Below are positions 19,901-29,623 of a stretch of DNA of 64,000 nucleotides, one piece after another (the first letter of the stretch is position 1; each line of letters begins with the position of its first letter). Source of the stretch: a bacterium. Its GTDB lineage: Bacteria > Patescibacteriota > Dojkabacteria > SC72 > WJKH01. The stretch covers positions 42,796 to 106,795 of the forward strand of contig JAKPPS010000040.1 of assembly GCA_029547225.1 (NCBI GenBank), given 5' to 3'. Under the pieces are notes generated by a model. That model did no database searches and was not told where the DNA came from. It saw only the letters and a program-made list of their open reading frames with translations. A program made the position numbers and the translations under genes.

Positions 19901-20447
19901 TCAATTGATATATAACCCGATTGGAGATGGGTCGAATAAATACTTCAGATTTCCTTTCAATAAGGTTGTTGGTGTAACACAATGGCACGGATATACAGCC
20001 TTTCAGAGTCCGCATATGGGCATTGATTTTGGGGTTTATCGAGAACCAATATACGCAATAGCTGATGGATATGTAGGATATGTTGGTTGGGATAATTTCG
20101 GAGGTGAATGTCTTACTGGTGGCAATATGATTAAAATTATCCACGATAATGGCATGAGCAGTTTGTACGCACATTTAGAGAATTATAAAAAGGCTGATGG
20201 TACAGATTTAGTTTATGGGGAAAGAGTGAAAAAAGGCGATTTAATTGGGCTGACTGGTAATAGCGGTTACTATAATTGTGAACCGCTGGGCTATCATCTG
20301 CATTTTGAATTACGAAAGGATCAATGGCAAAGCTCTCATATTAATCCGACAGATTGGATCGATGTTGATTGGAATGCGATAAATACTCTTAACGCAGATT
20401 GGTATCCAGGAAGATTATCTGGTGATAATCCCCACCCTACTTTTTAA
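16965..20447 (+). CDS. Large secreted/membrane-anchored multidomain protein with C-terminal M23 (LytM) peptidase domain
   Basis: N-terminal TM 'IIQISVVILSIALIPLLVTYF'. The block 'RSYLKYSLADFAIYEILPRDIVSAELNIWQYY...NINWFNQP' resembles DNRLRE-type carbohydrate-binding domains. FN3-like segments follow. C-terminal M23 has 'HMGIDFGV' (HxxxD) and 'GYHLHFEL' (HxH). Confidence 0.8.
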   Translation: MQNNTMIETDKNKRIIQISVVILSIALIPLLVTYFNLINEKLELPNKTYSQIVENTGLIENYTEYDQTNAIEKVSLLNSNPSDIQNEINANIEIDEENLGNNNADNLISTVQNIPISTIKLGITEDTYTESGYPYASPWDTRSFLVGYDNQWMKQKTRSYLKYSLADFAIYEILPRDIVSAELNIWQYYNESNSDYQVDIGVPSSNWSQYNINWFNQPSSDNYYSYTISKTIGRKTLEIKSIVFNQLVNNNWENGISLIASNENLNGGIFWSNACIYTPDLPRCEPGQEPFVLVSYKQNVPPTKANLQYPINSNGNPEYIDNRNIIFNWGISQDPNEDEITYYVEISDAQDFSTILHNSEGLSENKYEYTFEEDGLYFWRIKSEDNRIKNKCHTYSDIAYFEIDTTAPDVPKIDFIPPVTYGNNIVLSWQFNTGSESNPVTFGIEKICDTNGEQLICEEKSTAYLNELFTNEIEDVIFCYRVFARDHLGHQSEYSETMCSRHDFTPPIFTTFSVGQQYLSPQSSPEVQDKLEISYSLKETNLTNASLIVENQNREIVIETPITEIEDTLIPDIQNLPEGNYFVYASALDIVGQVSLSQMIPFIIDNTPPLKPNIISPTNNLLSNQKEIKFEALIDPYAKTEVLTSINSNSQENKSIFTTELSSRFKSKLSADANTLYEGLNKIKVVTKDRAGNSSESIIEFLTDWTKPTKPIIELSADDQSKNLYATISSVGADKYYIYNLAGLHAVTENTSGKILLVENWSGNSTYSFSAVATDKSGNISERSEIYSYTTPSVKGASLFGIGSIIDPSFKPALIPLTSQCLYKYQITDNLITKVSCNLSAPTIEKNYNYSSNKEKYLVRTYGADNDKLSLTVEAYRCKKKSFFDPRTWFKCFEEQLPSKTNVISTYGAVYGIFPDSRNHFAVRETINDTGVRLDFFKNGDYSGQNISIEKEMIFSQKIGQSWLDFHETVPRSNEQIISQLIYNPIGDGSNKYFRFPFNKVVGVTQWHGYTAFQSPHMGIDFGVYREPIYAIADGYVGYVGWDNFGGECLTGGNMIKIIHDNGMSSLYAHLENYKKADGTDLVYGERVKKGDLIGLTGNSGYYNCEPLGYHLHFELRKDQWQSSHINPTDWIDVDWNAINTLNADWYPGRLSGDNPHPTF

Positions 20448-20475
20448 TAGTTATTTTGGTAATTAATATTTTATT

Positions 20476-21603
20476 TTGCTTTTTTATATGAAGAAAAAAG
20501 ACTTACTTAGAATAATACTAATTTGGGCATTTATTTTGCTGATTTATCTTTCGGTATTTCTTTTATCATTCTTCTTTTATAAAGATAAGGAAGATAATAA
20601 TGTAAATGAAGTAATTGAGACTAATGTATTATTCCCTTTAACTCGTAAAGAAAATTATAAGAATATATTCTGGATTGATGAAAAAACATTTAGCATTGCT
20701 AGTGAAATTAATCAAGAAATTAATACCGAAGAGATATTAAGTTATGACGAAAAATCTGATTTAGTAATTGATTTTTCAGATGCTGAGAATGGCTTTAATA
20801 ATGAAGAAGAATATATAATTTCAGATACGCTCAATAAAGCAAATAACACAACACTACTTGAAATCTATGATACTGATTCGAGAGAACTGATTAAAAAAAT
20901 AATCATAGATAATGCACAGATAGTTGGTATCAAAAATACTAATGAAATTGTAAATCTAAACGATGTTGGCAATATTTCTACTGATCGAGAAAATATTGTC
21001 GATTCAAATAGTCCCAAAAAAATTAGGGAGGGAATCGATGACTCATTAGAAGTTGAAGAAAACGTTTTTTCTGAAAATGTATTAATTATTTGTAATTATA
21101 AAAATAACATTAAAAATACGGAAAGTGATTTTGGAACAGAAATTGAGACAATTGTTTTAGAAACGAACATTTCAGATATTATTAATACCCAAGAGAAAGA
21201 AATAAAAATTTCAGAAGCAGAATCAGATATTAATGAATCAGAACCAAATCATGTTGATACTTTTCCTACTATCACAACTAAGTACGAAAGAAATAAATTT
21301 TTTGTTGTACCGACACTTAAAATTGATAAATGCTCAAATAATCTTATCTATCTATCATCGGCATATCCATTTCAGGAACAAAAGTATTATGAATATGATA
21401 CTGAAAATGACTCACTTAAAGAGATGACTGATAATACCTATAGTTTATCTGGTGAAAGCGAAATTAAAATAACCAAGAATCAAAACAGTCTATTTAATAT
21501 AAACAAATACAATGACATAAAAGAGTATAGAATCAATCAGCAGGAAAATCGTGTAGCACTAGTTTCTTCCGATGGTACTTTCTACATCTATATAAGAGAA
21601 TAA
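20476..21603 (+). CDS. Hypothetical acidic membrane-anchored protein
   Basis: N-terminal TM 'LLRIILIWAFILLIYLSVFLLSFFFY', then an E/D/N-rich low-complexity ectodomain with no motif. Confidence 0.4.
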   Translation: MLFYMKKKDLLRIILIWAFILLIYLSVFLLSFFFYKDKEDNNVNEVIETNVLFPLTRKENYKNIFWIDEKTFSIASEINQEINTEEILSYDEKSDLVIDFSDAENGFNNEEEYIISDTLNKANNTTLLEIYDTDSRELIKKIIIDNAQIVGIKNTNEIVNLNDVGNISTDRENIVDSNSPKKIREGIDDSLEVEENVFSENVLIICNYKNNIKNTESDFGTEIETIVLETNISDIINTQEKEIKISEAESDINESEPNHVDTFPTITTKYERNKFFVVPTLKIDKCSNNLIYLSSAYPFQEQKYYEYDTENDSLKEMTDNTYSLSGESEIKITKNQNSLFNINKYNDIKEYRINQQENRVALVSSDGTFYIYIRE

Positions 21604-21676
21604 GTGCCAAATAATTTGTATTCGATGCAAAAAGCAATGCTTAATAATTATAAAAATACGCTGTTGAAATAATCGT

Positions 21677-22852
21677 TTACTTAGTACTATTCTTACCAGA
21701 GATTGTATCTTTGAAATACAAGCTAATCTCTTGATACCATTTTGTTGAGCTATAAAGAGGAAATTTTACTGAAAGAAATGATTTATCGCTTACTTTCCTT
21801 TTTGCTTGAATTATTTTCCTCTCCTTAAGTGTATCAGGAAAATCAGCTATCGATTTTAAAAATGAACTAATAAATGCAAATATAACAAGTGGATACTTTC
21901 TAGTTATAGCTTGTTTTAAAGTCATAAGACATGTAGAGAGATAAAACATAGGAATCATATATACAAGCGTTCCGAATTGCATATTCTTTAACAATGGTCT
22001 TACCTTTCCTGAATAGTAAAGTTTAAAAGAGTTGTAGTATTTTCGATTATCTTTACGATTTGCTAATCCCGTATGAATTAGATAAGTCTTGTTATAAACC
22101 CAGTTCTCATAACCATATACATTTGCTCTTGTCGAGATATCATCATCATCTAAGTTGAATTTCTGCCTTTCATCAAAACCGCCAATATCTTGCCACACTT
22201 TTTTACTGCAAAAAATTTGCGAGAATGTTACAACACATCGATAACCACCCTCGATTGCCATGACATCTTTGATATTCAAGATTTTATTTCGCATTATTCC
22301 ATAAAATGAATAATAACTTCCGTACTGATTAGTTTCTCCAGACTCAAGTCTTTCTTTATCAACTAGTGGAATCAATAAATACGCAATTTTATCCTTGCCC
22401 CTATAGTACTCCAATAAATTATTAAAAATATTTTTATCAGTACAAATAATATCGTTATCAAAAAACATATAATAATCACCCGTGGCATTTAGGACTGCTC
22501 GATTTCTTGATTTTGGTATACCAAGATTTTCTGGGTTTTTATAATATACGATATCTACTTTATTCTTTTTGCTACTAGAACCTTTACTGGAACTTTTTTC
22601 ATGATCAGAAATAAATTTCTCTATCCACTCTCTACTACCATCTGTTGAGCCATCATCAACAAGAGAAATCTCATAATTTGGATAATCAAATTGAATAAAT
22701 TTCGGTAATGTTTCTTTGATATAATTCAAACCATTAAAATTGCATAAGATTATTGAAACACGAGGATAATTATTTGATTCACCCACTTCGCTTTTATTTG
22801 TGCTTTGTACATCTGTCATTTTCTTTGCATTGTTATTTTTCATGGATATCAT
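21677..22852 (-). CDS. Glycosyltransferase family 2
   Basis: 'VSIILCNFNGLNYIKETLPKF..DYPNYEISLVDDGSTDGS' and a DxD-like 'FDNDI'. C-terminal hydrophobic segments. Confidence 0.85.
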   Translation of the reverse strand: MISMKNNNAKKMTDVQSTNKSEVGESNNYPRVSIILCNFNGLNYIKETLPKFIQFDYPNYEISLVDDGSTDGSREWIEKFISDHEKSSSKGSSSKKNKVDIVYYKNPENLGIPKSRNRAVLNATGDYYMFFDNDIICTDKNIFNNLLEYYRGKDKIAYLLIPLVDKERLESGETNQYGSYYSFYGIMRNKILNIKDVMAIEGGYRCVVTFSQIFCSKKVWQDIGGFDERQKFNLDDDDISTRANVYGYENWVYNKTYLIHTGLANRKDNRKYYNSFKLYYSGKVRPLLKNMQFGTLVYMIPMFYLSTCLMTLKQAITRKYPLVIFAFISSFLKSIADFPDTLKERKIIQAKRKVSDKSFLSVKFPLYSSTKWYQEISLYFKDTISGKNSTK

Positions 22853-22925
22853 TATTTCTTATTAAATTCCATACTTTATTTTAATTTATGAAATAATTCC
22901 AAAATTCATATCAAGTAGATGGTCA

Positions 22926-23966
22926 CTATGATTTTCGTTTGACAATTTTTAGCTCAATCTCTTCATGAGGGCTATTATTTATATATCCATATAAATGACT
23001 TAAATCCATTTCATAACCTTGATTCCATAAATCTAAAAGATAATTTGTATCAATGTTACCACTTCTATTCACATTAAACTTATCTTGTTGAACCTTATTA
23101 ATTGGCATATTTACTAATTTCGACTTCTTATATGCAACCGCAATCTTATGGGAATAAAGTGATGAATATAGTGAGTTTAAATAATATTCATATACATTGG
23201 GAGATGTATAATCAGTATTATGCGAAAGCAATAAAATTTCTTGGAAATCAAATATTGAGCCGTCTACAGATATACTGTAAGCCCAGTCTGCAACTCCATC
23301 TTTCCATTGCCAGAATAATTTATCATCTATCTTGGTATATTTCTTAAATAGATTATTATCTAATAATTTATTCGTTTTAGATTCACAATCCATTGTATAT
23401 GAATATGTTGTATTTGCACCTAAACGTAAAGTCGGCGTAAACACATTGAGTGGTAAATTTTTGACATCAGCATAATCAAATGATTCCGTAAGAACAATAT
23501 CGTCAACAAAAAAAATTATATTTTCAGTGCTAATACTATCAAGTGCTTGCAGATAATCTTCTCTAAAGGATTCCTTGGATTTCTGCAAAATTGGGACTAT
23601 TTCTAAATTAGAAAATTTGGAGAAAACTTCGTGATATGCAGCCTGATGCTTATCGTTTGATGCCCGATAAAAAATATAAATCGGCATTTTTGTAACAAAT
23701 TTCTCATCGATACTTTTAATCAAACTGTACAATTGGAAAGCGCGATCAAATGAAAAAATAAATCCTACTATTTCGTTTTTGTTTTGCATATTATTGATAA
23801 CTTTATTAACTGGTAACTGATAAAGAGAAATTAGCATATCTTGCTGTAATATCTTCTCCTCTCTTTCAACTCTATGCTTATACGATTTGTATATTTTGGT
23901 CTTTGTGTAATCTATATGTAATGATTTTAGAATAGTACCAACAAAGCGGCGTAATTTTCTTAACAT
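22926..23966 (-). CDS. Putative GT-A-fold glycosyltransferase of unassigned family (hypothetical)
   Basis: Rossmann-like start 'IVGFIFSFDRAFQLYSLIKSI' and DxD-like 'IIFFVDDIVL', in glycan-cluster context. No confident family assignment. Confidence 0.3.
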   Translation of the reverse strand: MLRKLRRFVGTILKSLHIDYTKTKIYKSYKHRVEREEKILQQDMLISLYQLPVNKVINNMQNKNEIVGFIFSFDRAFQLYSLIKSIDEKFVTKMPIYIFYRASNDKHQAAYHEVFSKFSNLEIVPILQKSKESFREDYLQALDSISTENIIFFVDDIVLTESFDYADVKNLPLNVFTPTLRLGANTTYSYTMDCESKTNKLLDNNLFKKYTKIDDKLFWQWKDGVADWAYSISVDGSIFDFQEILLLSHNTDYTSPNVYEYYLNSLYSSLYSHKIAVAYKKSKLVNMPINKVQQDKFNVNRSGNIDTNYLLDLWNQGYEMDLSHLYGYINNSPHEEIELKIVKRKS

Positions 23967-23976
23967 GTAAACCTAT

Positions 23977-25227
23977 TTATAACTTATTCTTCGAATTTGA
24001 ATTGACCAGTGAAAGGTATAACTTTTCATAGTCGCTTGATATTTTATCCCAAGTAAAGAAATTTTTCCATTGTTCATAACCCTTGTTACTCAACTTTTGC
24101 AATAGTTTTCTGTCATTATATAATTGTTCTATCATCTTCGCACAAGCATTTATATCAATAGTAGCATAACCTTTTGCAGATTTAGTTGTCGGAATAATCA
24201 TTCCTCCACCAGTCCACGATGCAACCTCAGAAGCATTTCCAACATCAGAGCTTAAAAAGGCAGTATGAGAGGCATTGGCTTCATATAAAACTAACGGAGA
24301 TGCCTCAATATTCGAGGGAAAAAGAAAAAGATCCGCTTCTCTATTGGTATCAGCAAGAAGCTTATCATGTAAATAAGTAAGAATTATCCGCTTTTTTTTA
24401 TTAAAGATTTTAAAATAGAAATTCGCAAGTTTTGCTCTCAATTTGCACTTCCATTCACAATTATTCCGAAAAAAGTAAACAATTGATCTTAACGATTTTA
24501 GAGGATTTAATGATAAAGATAATTTTACAGTTGATTTACCAGTTAGTACAAAAACTGAATTTGAAATATTTGCTTTTACAAAAGATTGTATTGCTTCTCG
24601 ATGACCTTTTGCGTTTGTATGATTTCCTGCATGTAATATCAAAAAAGTATTCATATCCAATCCATTCTTTTTTTTAAATGAATACTCAACAGGAGTATCA
24701 TATAATTTTTCATCTGCCCCATTTGGAATAATAGTAATATTCTTTACTTTATTTGTTCGCGCGAAAGTAACGTCTTGATAAATATTTGATTGGAAAATAT
24801 TAGCATCATATTTGTTTAACCAGTCCGGCATATTAGAAAAATATTCTTTATACTCTTTCAACCTTAATCCAGAAAAGCCAGTAGGACAAGAGACTTTCTT
24901 AGATCCGATATTATCAAGTAAATCTAATACCAGGTCTGAAGCCCATTGCTGCATTGCAAAATTGCACATCACATCATATTCTTGCTTTAAAATAAACTCA
25001 CGATATCGTTCTACCTCGCCTGATATTCCATGTACTAAATTGCCTTTTATATCAAACTGTTTCACGAATACACCATTGATTTCTCCATCCTGACGACCTT
25101 CGACTTTGCATGTTGCAATAGTGACTTGATGGCCTTTTTGAACTAGTCGTTCAGATATTTGTTTCACGACCATATACATTCCCCCACCAGTTGGTGAGTA
25201 GTCTTGAACTGTATGAAGTATTCTCAT
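23977..25227 (-). CDS. Glycosyltransferase, GT-B fold (GT4-like)
   Basis: C-terminal 'FLFPSNIEASPLVLYEANASHTAFLSSDVGNASEV' matches the GT4 E-x7-E sugar-donor motif. 416 aa. Confidence 0.75.
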   Translation of the reverse strand: MRILHTVQDYSPTGGGMYMVVKQISERLVQKGHQVTIATCKVEGRQDGEINGVFVKQFDIKGNLVHGISGEVERYREFILKQEYDVMCNFAMQQWASDLVLDLLDNIGSKKVSCPTGFSGLRLKEYKEYFSNMPDWLNKYDANIFQSNIYQDVTFARTNKVKNITIIPNGADEKLYDTPVEYSFKKKNGLDMNTFLILHAGNHTNAKGHREAIQSFVKANISNSVFVLTGKSTVKLSLSLNPLKSLRSIVYFFRNNCEWKCKLRAKLANFYFKIFNKKKRIILTYLHDKLLADTNREADLFLFPSNIEASPLVLYEANASHTAFLSSDVGNASEVASWTGGGMIIPTTKSAKGYATIDINACAKMIEQLYNDRKLLQKLSNKGYEQWKNFFTWDKISSDYEKLYLSLVNSNSKNKL

Positions 25228-26162
25228 TTTGATCTTATTCTTCTATTTAAAATCTTATGTTTAAATTGAGAAAGCCTTGCCCGAGCAAGTTTTATTTTCA
25301 AGTCAGATCTGTATTTATTTATAAATTCTAACTGTACGTTTAGGAGATTTTTAAAAGTAATAATTCTCTGTGTTGAAAAAAGTTTTGAGATATCAACTGT
25401 ACTACGCATTGAATTCTGTGAATCATAAGTATAGTTAAGCATAGGATCATCGATCACAAACCAATCTGTAAACATTGATATTTTAACCCAAGTTGTAAAA
25501 TCCTCAACTCCTCTAGCTGATATTTCCTCTGGCATTCCCTTAACATCTTCAAATAATTTTCGTGAGACAATAACTGAACTTGTTATTATTGGATTCTCAT
25601 TTTTTAAAGACGTTAAGAAATGATAATCAAAAATGTATGATGTATACCCTACACTTTTAACGCCACCAGATACTGTCTCATCATGGACGAAAAAGAACTT
25701 GCTTTTATGATCAGCTTTGAGATTAATATATTTCCCATGGTTTTCACCATTTGAAGATATTGTGTTAGCATTGGTTGCGACAGCTTCTATTGATCGATTG
25801 TCATTGCTCGATTCATAAATAAATGCCATCTGTATTTCAAGCTTGTTAGGTAACCAATAATCATCACTATCTAAAAATGCAATCCACTTACCACTAGATT
25901 TTTCAAACGCTCGGTTACGAGGTACAGCAGGTGTTTTACTGTTATTCTTTAATTCTAGCAAGATAATATTCTCATGTTTATCAGCATACTTTTGGACTAT
26001 TTCTACTGTTTCATCAGTACTTCCATCATCTGCCACTATTATTTCATAATCTTTATATGTTTGATTAAGTACTGATTCGAGGCATTTACCGATTGTATTC
26101 TGGCGATTCCAAGTTGGGATTATCACTGAAACCATTGGTGTTTTCATACCTAAGGATACCAT
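25224..26162 (-). CDS. Glycosyltransferase family 2
   Basis: 'VSVIIPTWNRQNTIGKCLESVLNQTYKDYEIIVADDGSTDET' and 'FLDSDD'. Confidence 0.85.
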   Translation of the reverse strand: MVSLGMKTPMVSVIIPTWNRQNTIGKCLESVLNQTYKDYEIIVADDGSTDETVEIVQKYADKHENIILLELKNNSKTPAVPRNRAFEKSSGKWIAFLDSDDYWLPNKLEIQMAFIYESSNDNRSIEAVATNANTISSNGENHGKYINLKADHKSKFFFVHDETVSGGVKSVGYTSYIFDYHFLTSLKNENPIITSSVIVSRKLFEDVKGMPEEISARGVEDFTTWVKISMFTDWFVIDDPMLNYTYDSQNSMRSTVDISKLFSTQRIITFKNLLNVQLEFINKYRSDLKIKLARARLSQFKHKILNRRIRSK

Positions 26163-26313
26163 ATCTGATGCAAATACGGAAATCCAAAGGCTCGGTTAAA
26201 ATGTTTAAGATATTTCCTTTCGTACAAAAGGTAAAATAACTGTAGTAAGCTCGGGTAGTCATGGTTAGTGATACTTGGAACGCAATTAGGTTGGTGGCAT
26301 ACCATAAAAAAAA

Positions 26314-27681
26314 CTAACCCACCTCAACAATACCTCGTCGTTCTCCAGGGACTAAATCATTGCGTGTATCCCATTCAATTATTGGTCCCAACATACCCGG
26401 TCTTTTTGCCATCCAATATGGCGATTTACTCAATCCGCCCTGTATGCTTAGATTGATATGCGCTGGAGTTACTCCTGGCTCCGATAACCATTTCCGCCAA
26501 TGTAAAGAAGATATTAGTTCTATGCGATATTCGCCTTCATTAAAAAGATGCTTTGGAAGTTTACTAATAAAAGTTACATTACCTTGCTTAAACTTTGGCC
26601 ATTTTTCCTCCTCTGTATCTGTATGATAAGTCCAATATAATAATTGGTTGTCAGCAGTATATATCGCATAACCTACTGTCAAAGCAGGATCGATCGTCTT
26701 GATACTTCCTGAAATACTGATATAGAAATCGGTATCATTAGATACAGGCATGTTTAAAGCCTTTCCATTTTTGTCCGTAATTGCAATACGCGTTGGACTG
26801 AACCATTCATTGAGCAGGTTTCTGTTAATTTCACTATCATCATACATCCATTCTGATGGCAGATTTCCATTATCGAGAGTATTAAAATAGCTCTTGATCA
26901 CAGACCTAACATCAGTACTATCCATCTTGATCTGACCTTTATCTAGCAAAATACACCTGTTACATAACTGCTCAATAGCGCCCATGTTATGACTTACAAA
27001 TATGACTGTGCGTCCATTGCTGCTTACATCTTTCATCTTGCCAAGACATTTTTTTTGAAATGCTGCATCACCTACCGCCAAAACCTCATCTACTATAAGT
27101 ATTTCTGGTTCAAGATGAGCAGCTACAGCAAAAGCTAATCTTACATACATACCCGAAGAATATCTTTTGACCGGAGTATCAAGGAATTTCTCTACCTCAG
27201 CAAATGATACTATCTCATCAAACTTAGATTTGATTTCTTTTCGAGACATACCAAGTATCGCACCGTTTAGATAGATATTTTCACGACCTGTTAATTCTGG
27301 ATGAAAACCAGTACCTACTTCTAATAGACTCGCTACTCGCCCGGAGATAGAAATACGGCCACTTGTTGGTTCTGTTATCCTACTAAGCATTTTTAATATT
27401 GTTGATTTACCTGCACCATTACGACCAATAATGCCTAATCTTTCGCCATCATTTACATTAAAAGTCACATCCTTAACTGCCCAAAATTCGTTTTCTTTTT
27501 CCTGGTTAGATTTTCTTGATTTGGTTAATGATTTAACTTTTGTATTCAGCAATTCTCTAAAAGAAGATGATGCCTTAGCACCTAAAATATATTTTTTTGA
27601 AAGCTTTTCTACTTTTATTACGGTTTGATCTCCCAAAATATTATTATCAATTTTGTTATTGTGATTAGATGACATCGGCAA
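26314..27681 (-). CDS. wzt: ABC-2 polysaccharide exporter ATP-binding protein with C-terminal carbohydrate-binding extension (Wzt/TagH-like)
   Basis: Walker A 'GIIGRNGAGKST', signature 'YSSGMYVRLAF', Walker B 'ILIVDEVLAVGD'. About 200 extra C-terminal aa, as in Wzt O-antigen-binding domains. Confidence 0.9.
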   Translation of the reverse strand: MPMSSNHNNKIDNNILGDQTVIKVEKLSKKYILGAKASSSFRELLNTKVKSLTKSRKSNQEKENEFWAVKDVTFNVNDGERLGIIGRNGAGKSTILKMLSRITEPTSGRISISGRVASLLEVGTGFHPELTGRENIYLNGAILGMSRKEIKSKFDEIVSFAEVEKFLDTPVKRYSSGMYVRLAFAVAAHLEPEILIVDEVLAVGDAAFQKKCLGKMKDVSSNGRTVIFVSHNMGAIEQLCNRCILLDKGQIKMDSTDVRSVIKSYFNTLDNGNLPSEWMYDDSEINRNLLNEWFSPTRIAITDKNGKALNMPVSNDTDFYISISGSIKTIDPALTVGYAIYTADNQLLYWTYHTDTEEEKWPKFKQGNVTFISKLPKHLFNEGEYRIELISSLHWRKWLSEPGVTPAHINLSIQGGLSKSPYWMAKRPGMLGPIIEWDTRNDLVPGERRGIVEVG

Positions 27682-28507
27682 ACTCCTTTTCTGTTTTCCT
27701 AAAATAAGACAAACCTATTGTAAATATCACCAAGGACATAAGTATAGCAAGTGCAATTCCTGGTATGAATAATTCCTGGTCTGTACGCAACAATGACCAT
27801 CTAAAACCATCTATCACCCCTGCCATCGGATTTAGATAATATAACAACCTGAAATTCTCAGGGATATTTGTGCTGGCAAATCCTACTGGTGAAATATATA
27901 ACCCAAATTGAACAATAAATGGCACAACAAATCTAAAATCTCGATATTTGACATTGAGTGCAGATATAAAATAGCTTGCTCCCAATGTTGTGACTAACGC
28001 GATAATAAAGAACAAAGGCATAAATACAATGTTCATTGTAGGGAAATAATTGTAGTATATCATCAACACAAAGAGTATTAAGAATGCAATTGCCGTGTCA
28101 AGAATATTGACAACTATAGTTGAAGTTGGCACGATTATCCTTGGAAAATAGATTTTTGAAAGCATGTTTGAGTTTGCAATAAGTGAATTACTACCTTCTG
28201 AAAACGAATTTGCAAAAAAATTCCAAGGCAGCAAGGCAGAATATACGAGAATCGGATAAGGTATGTTTTCTGAAGGCAATCCAGCTAATTTGCCAAAAAT
28301 AACTGTAAGTACAATCATTGTAATGACTGGACGCAAAATGCTCCATGCTACTCCAATAATTGTCTGTTTATATCTGACTAAAATATCTCTCCATGCAAGA
28401 AAAATAAATAATTCACGATATGTCCACAGGTCTCTCCAGTAATATTTACCGCTTTTATTTGCCTCTATGACAGTCATCTTGACATTTGTATTGTCTTTCT
28501 TCTCCAT
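27665..28507 (-). CDS. wzm: ABC-2 polysaccharide exporter permease (Wzm/TagG-like)
   Basis: 'YKQTIIGVAWSILRPVITMIVLTVIFGKLAG' ABC-2 signature. Six TM helices. Overlaps wzt by 17 nt. Confidence 0.85.
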   Translation of the reverse strand: MEKKDNTNVKMTVIEANKSGKYYWRDLWTYRELFIFLAWRDILVRYKQTIIGVAWSILRPVITMIVLTVIFGKLAGLPSENIPYPILVYSALLPWNFFANSFSEGSNSLIANSNMLSKIYFPRIIVPTSTIVVNILDTAIAFLILFVLMIYYNYFPTMNIVFMPLFFIIALVTTLGASYFISALNVKYRDFRFVVPFIVQFGLYISPVGFASTNIPENFRLLYYLNPMAGVIDGFRWSLLRTDQELFIPGIALAILMSLVIFTIGLSYFRKTEKEFADVI

Positions 28508-28574
28508 TAATCTAAATCTCGACTTACAAAGTTATAATAAGGAATTATACAGCTAAAGTTGAAAGTTGAAAATG

Positions 28575-29603
28575 TCAAAAACGATATTTATCCAATAACT
28601 GATATTTTATTTCTCTAACTGCATTTTGAGCTTTTAAAGGTAAAAACGAAGCTAAAACTAATTTTCGAACAGCTTCAATCTCTTTTTTGCATTCTTTGAT
28701 ATCAGTAACCTCGTTACTGGCACAATTTGAATATTTTTTAATAAATGCTTTAGCTTTACCCTTAAACTCTTTAGTTTTATTTGTAAGGAAAAGAAATTTT
28801 ATATTATTAAAATCTGTATCCCGCTCAGTATCCTTGTTTGCAATAACTGATTTTTTGAGCTTCTCAACATCAAAGTTTTCATAATTATCTACACCTGTAA
28901 TCTGCTTAGTTTCATATATTTTTTTTATCTCTTCTTTGATTGCTTTTTGTAATGCAAATTTAGAAGCACTAACAGAAGTCGGAATAAATCTATATTTAAG
29001 AAGATATTCTGGCAGAGTATCTATAACCTTGCCCTGACTAATCAATTGCAAATACATATCATAATCCTCACAATACTGTGCCTTAGCACGATACTTAACT
29101 AAACCATCATTTCTAAACATAATCGAAGGGTGTATTGGAGCAATACCTTGTACTATCCGCGTATGATAATTGCGTCTACTCATATTGACTCTGATTTTAC
29201 GAAGTTGAAATCCATTTTCGTCTATTGCATAAGCCCAAGTACCTAACAAATATATATCACGATTTGATTCTAGATATCGAAATTGATTTAATAATCTGTC
29301 GGGAAGAGAAATATCATCTGCATCCATGCGTGCAATATATTGCCCTTTTGCTTTTTCAAGGCCTGTATTAAGTGCATTAACCAAGCCTTTATTAGGAATA
29401 ATATCTATAGGTACAACTCGATGATCAATTTTAGCAAATCGTTTAATAATTTCTGGAGATTTATCAGTTGATCCATCATTTATTAATAAAAGTTCAAAGT
29501 CAATTAATGTTTGATCTAATATTGAACGGACTGCCTCCTCGAGATATTCTTGCGCATTGTAAACAGGTAAAATAACACTTACCTTTGGTGAGTTACTGTT
29601 CAT
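28575..29603 (-). CDS. Glycosyltransferase family 2
   Basis: 'VSVILPVYNAQEYLEEAVRSILDQTLIDFELLLINDGSTDKS' and 'RMDADD'. Confidence 0.85.
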   Translation of the reverse strand: MNSNSPKVSVILPVYNAQEYLEEAVRSILDQTLIDFELLLINDGSTDKSPEIIKRFAKIDHRVVPIDIIPNKGLVNALNTGLEKAKGQYIARMDADDISLPDRLLNQFRYLESNRDIYLLGTWAYAIDENGFQLRKIRVNMSRRNYHTRIVQGIAPIHPSIMFRNDGLVKYRAKAQYCEDYDMYLQLISQGKVIDTLPEYLLKYRFIPTSVSASKFALQKAIKEEIKKIYETKQITGVDNYENFDVEKLKKSVIANKDTERDTDFNNIKFLFLTNKTKEFKGKAKAFIKKYSNCASNEVTDIKECKKEIEAVRKLVLASFLPLKAQNAVREIKYQLLDKYRF

Positions 29604-29623
29604 AGTTTGAATACTAATCGAAA

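Noticed and set aside
26268-26456. 62-aa ORF in the intergenic region upstream of wzt
   Set aside because: It overlaps the wzt C-terminus on the other strand and has no motif. The intergenic part is more likely promoter or terminator sequence.
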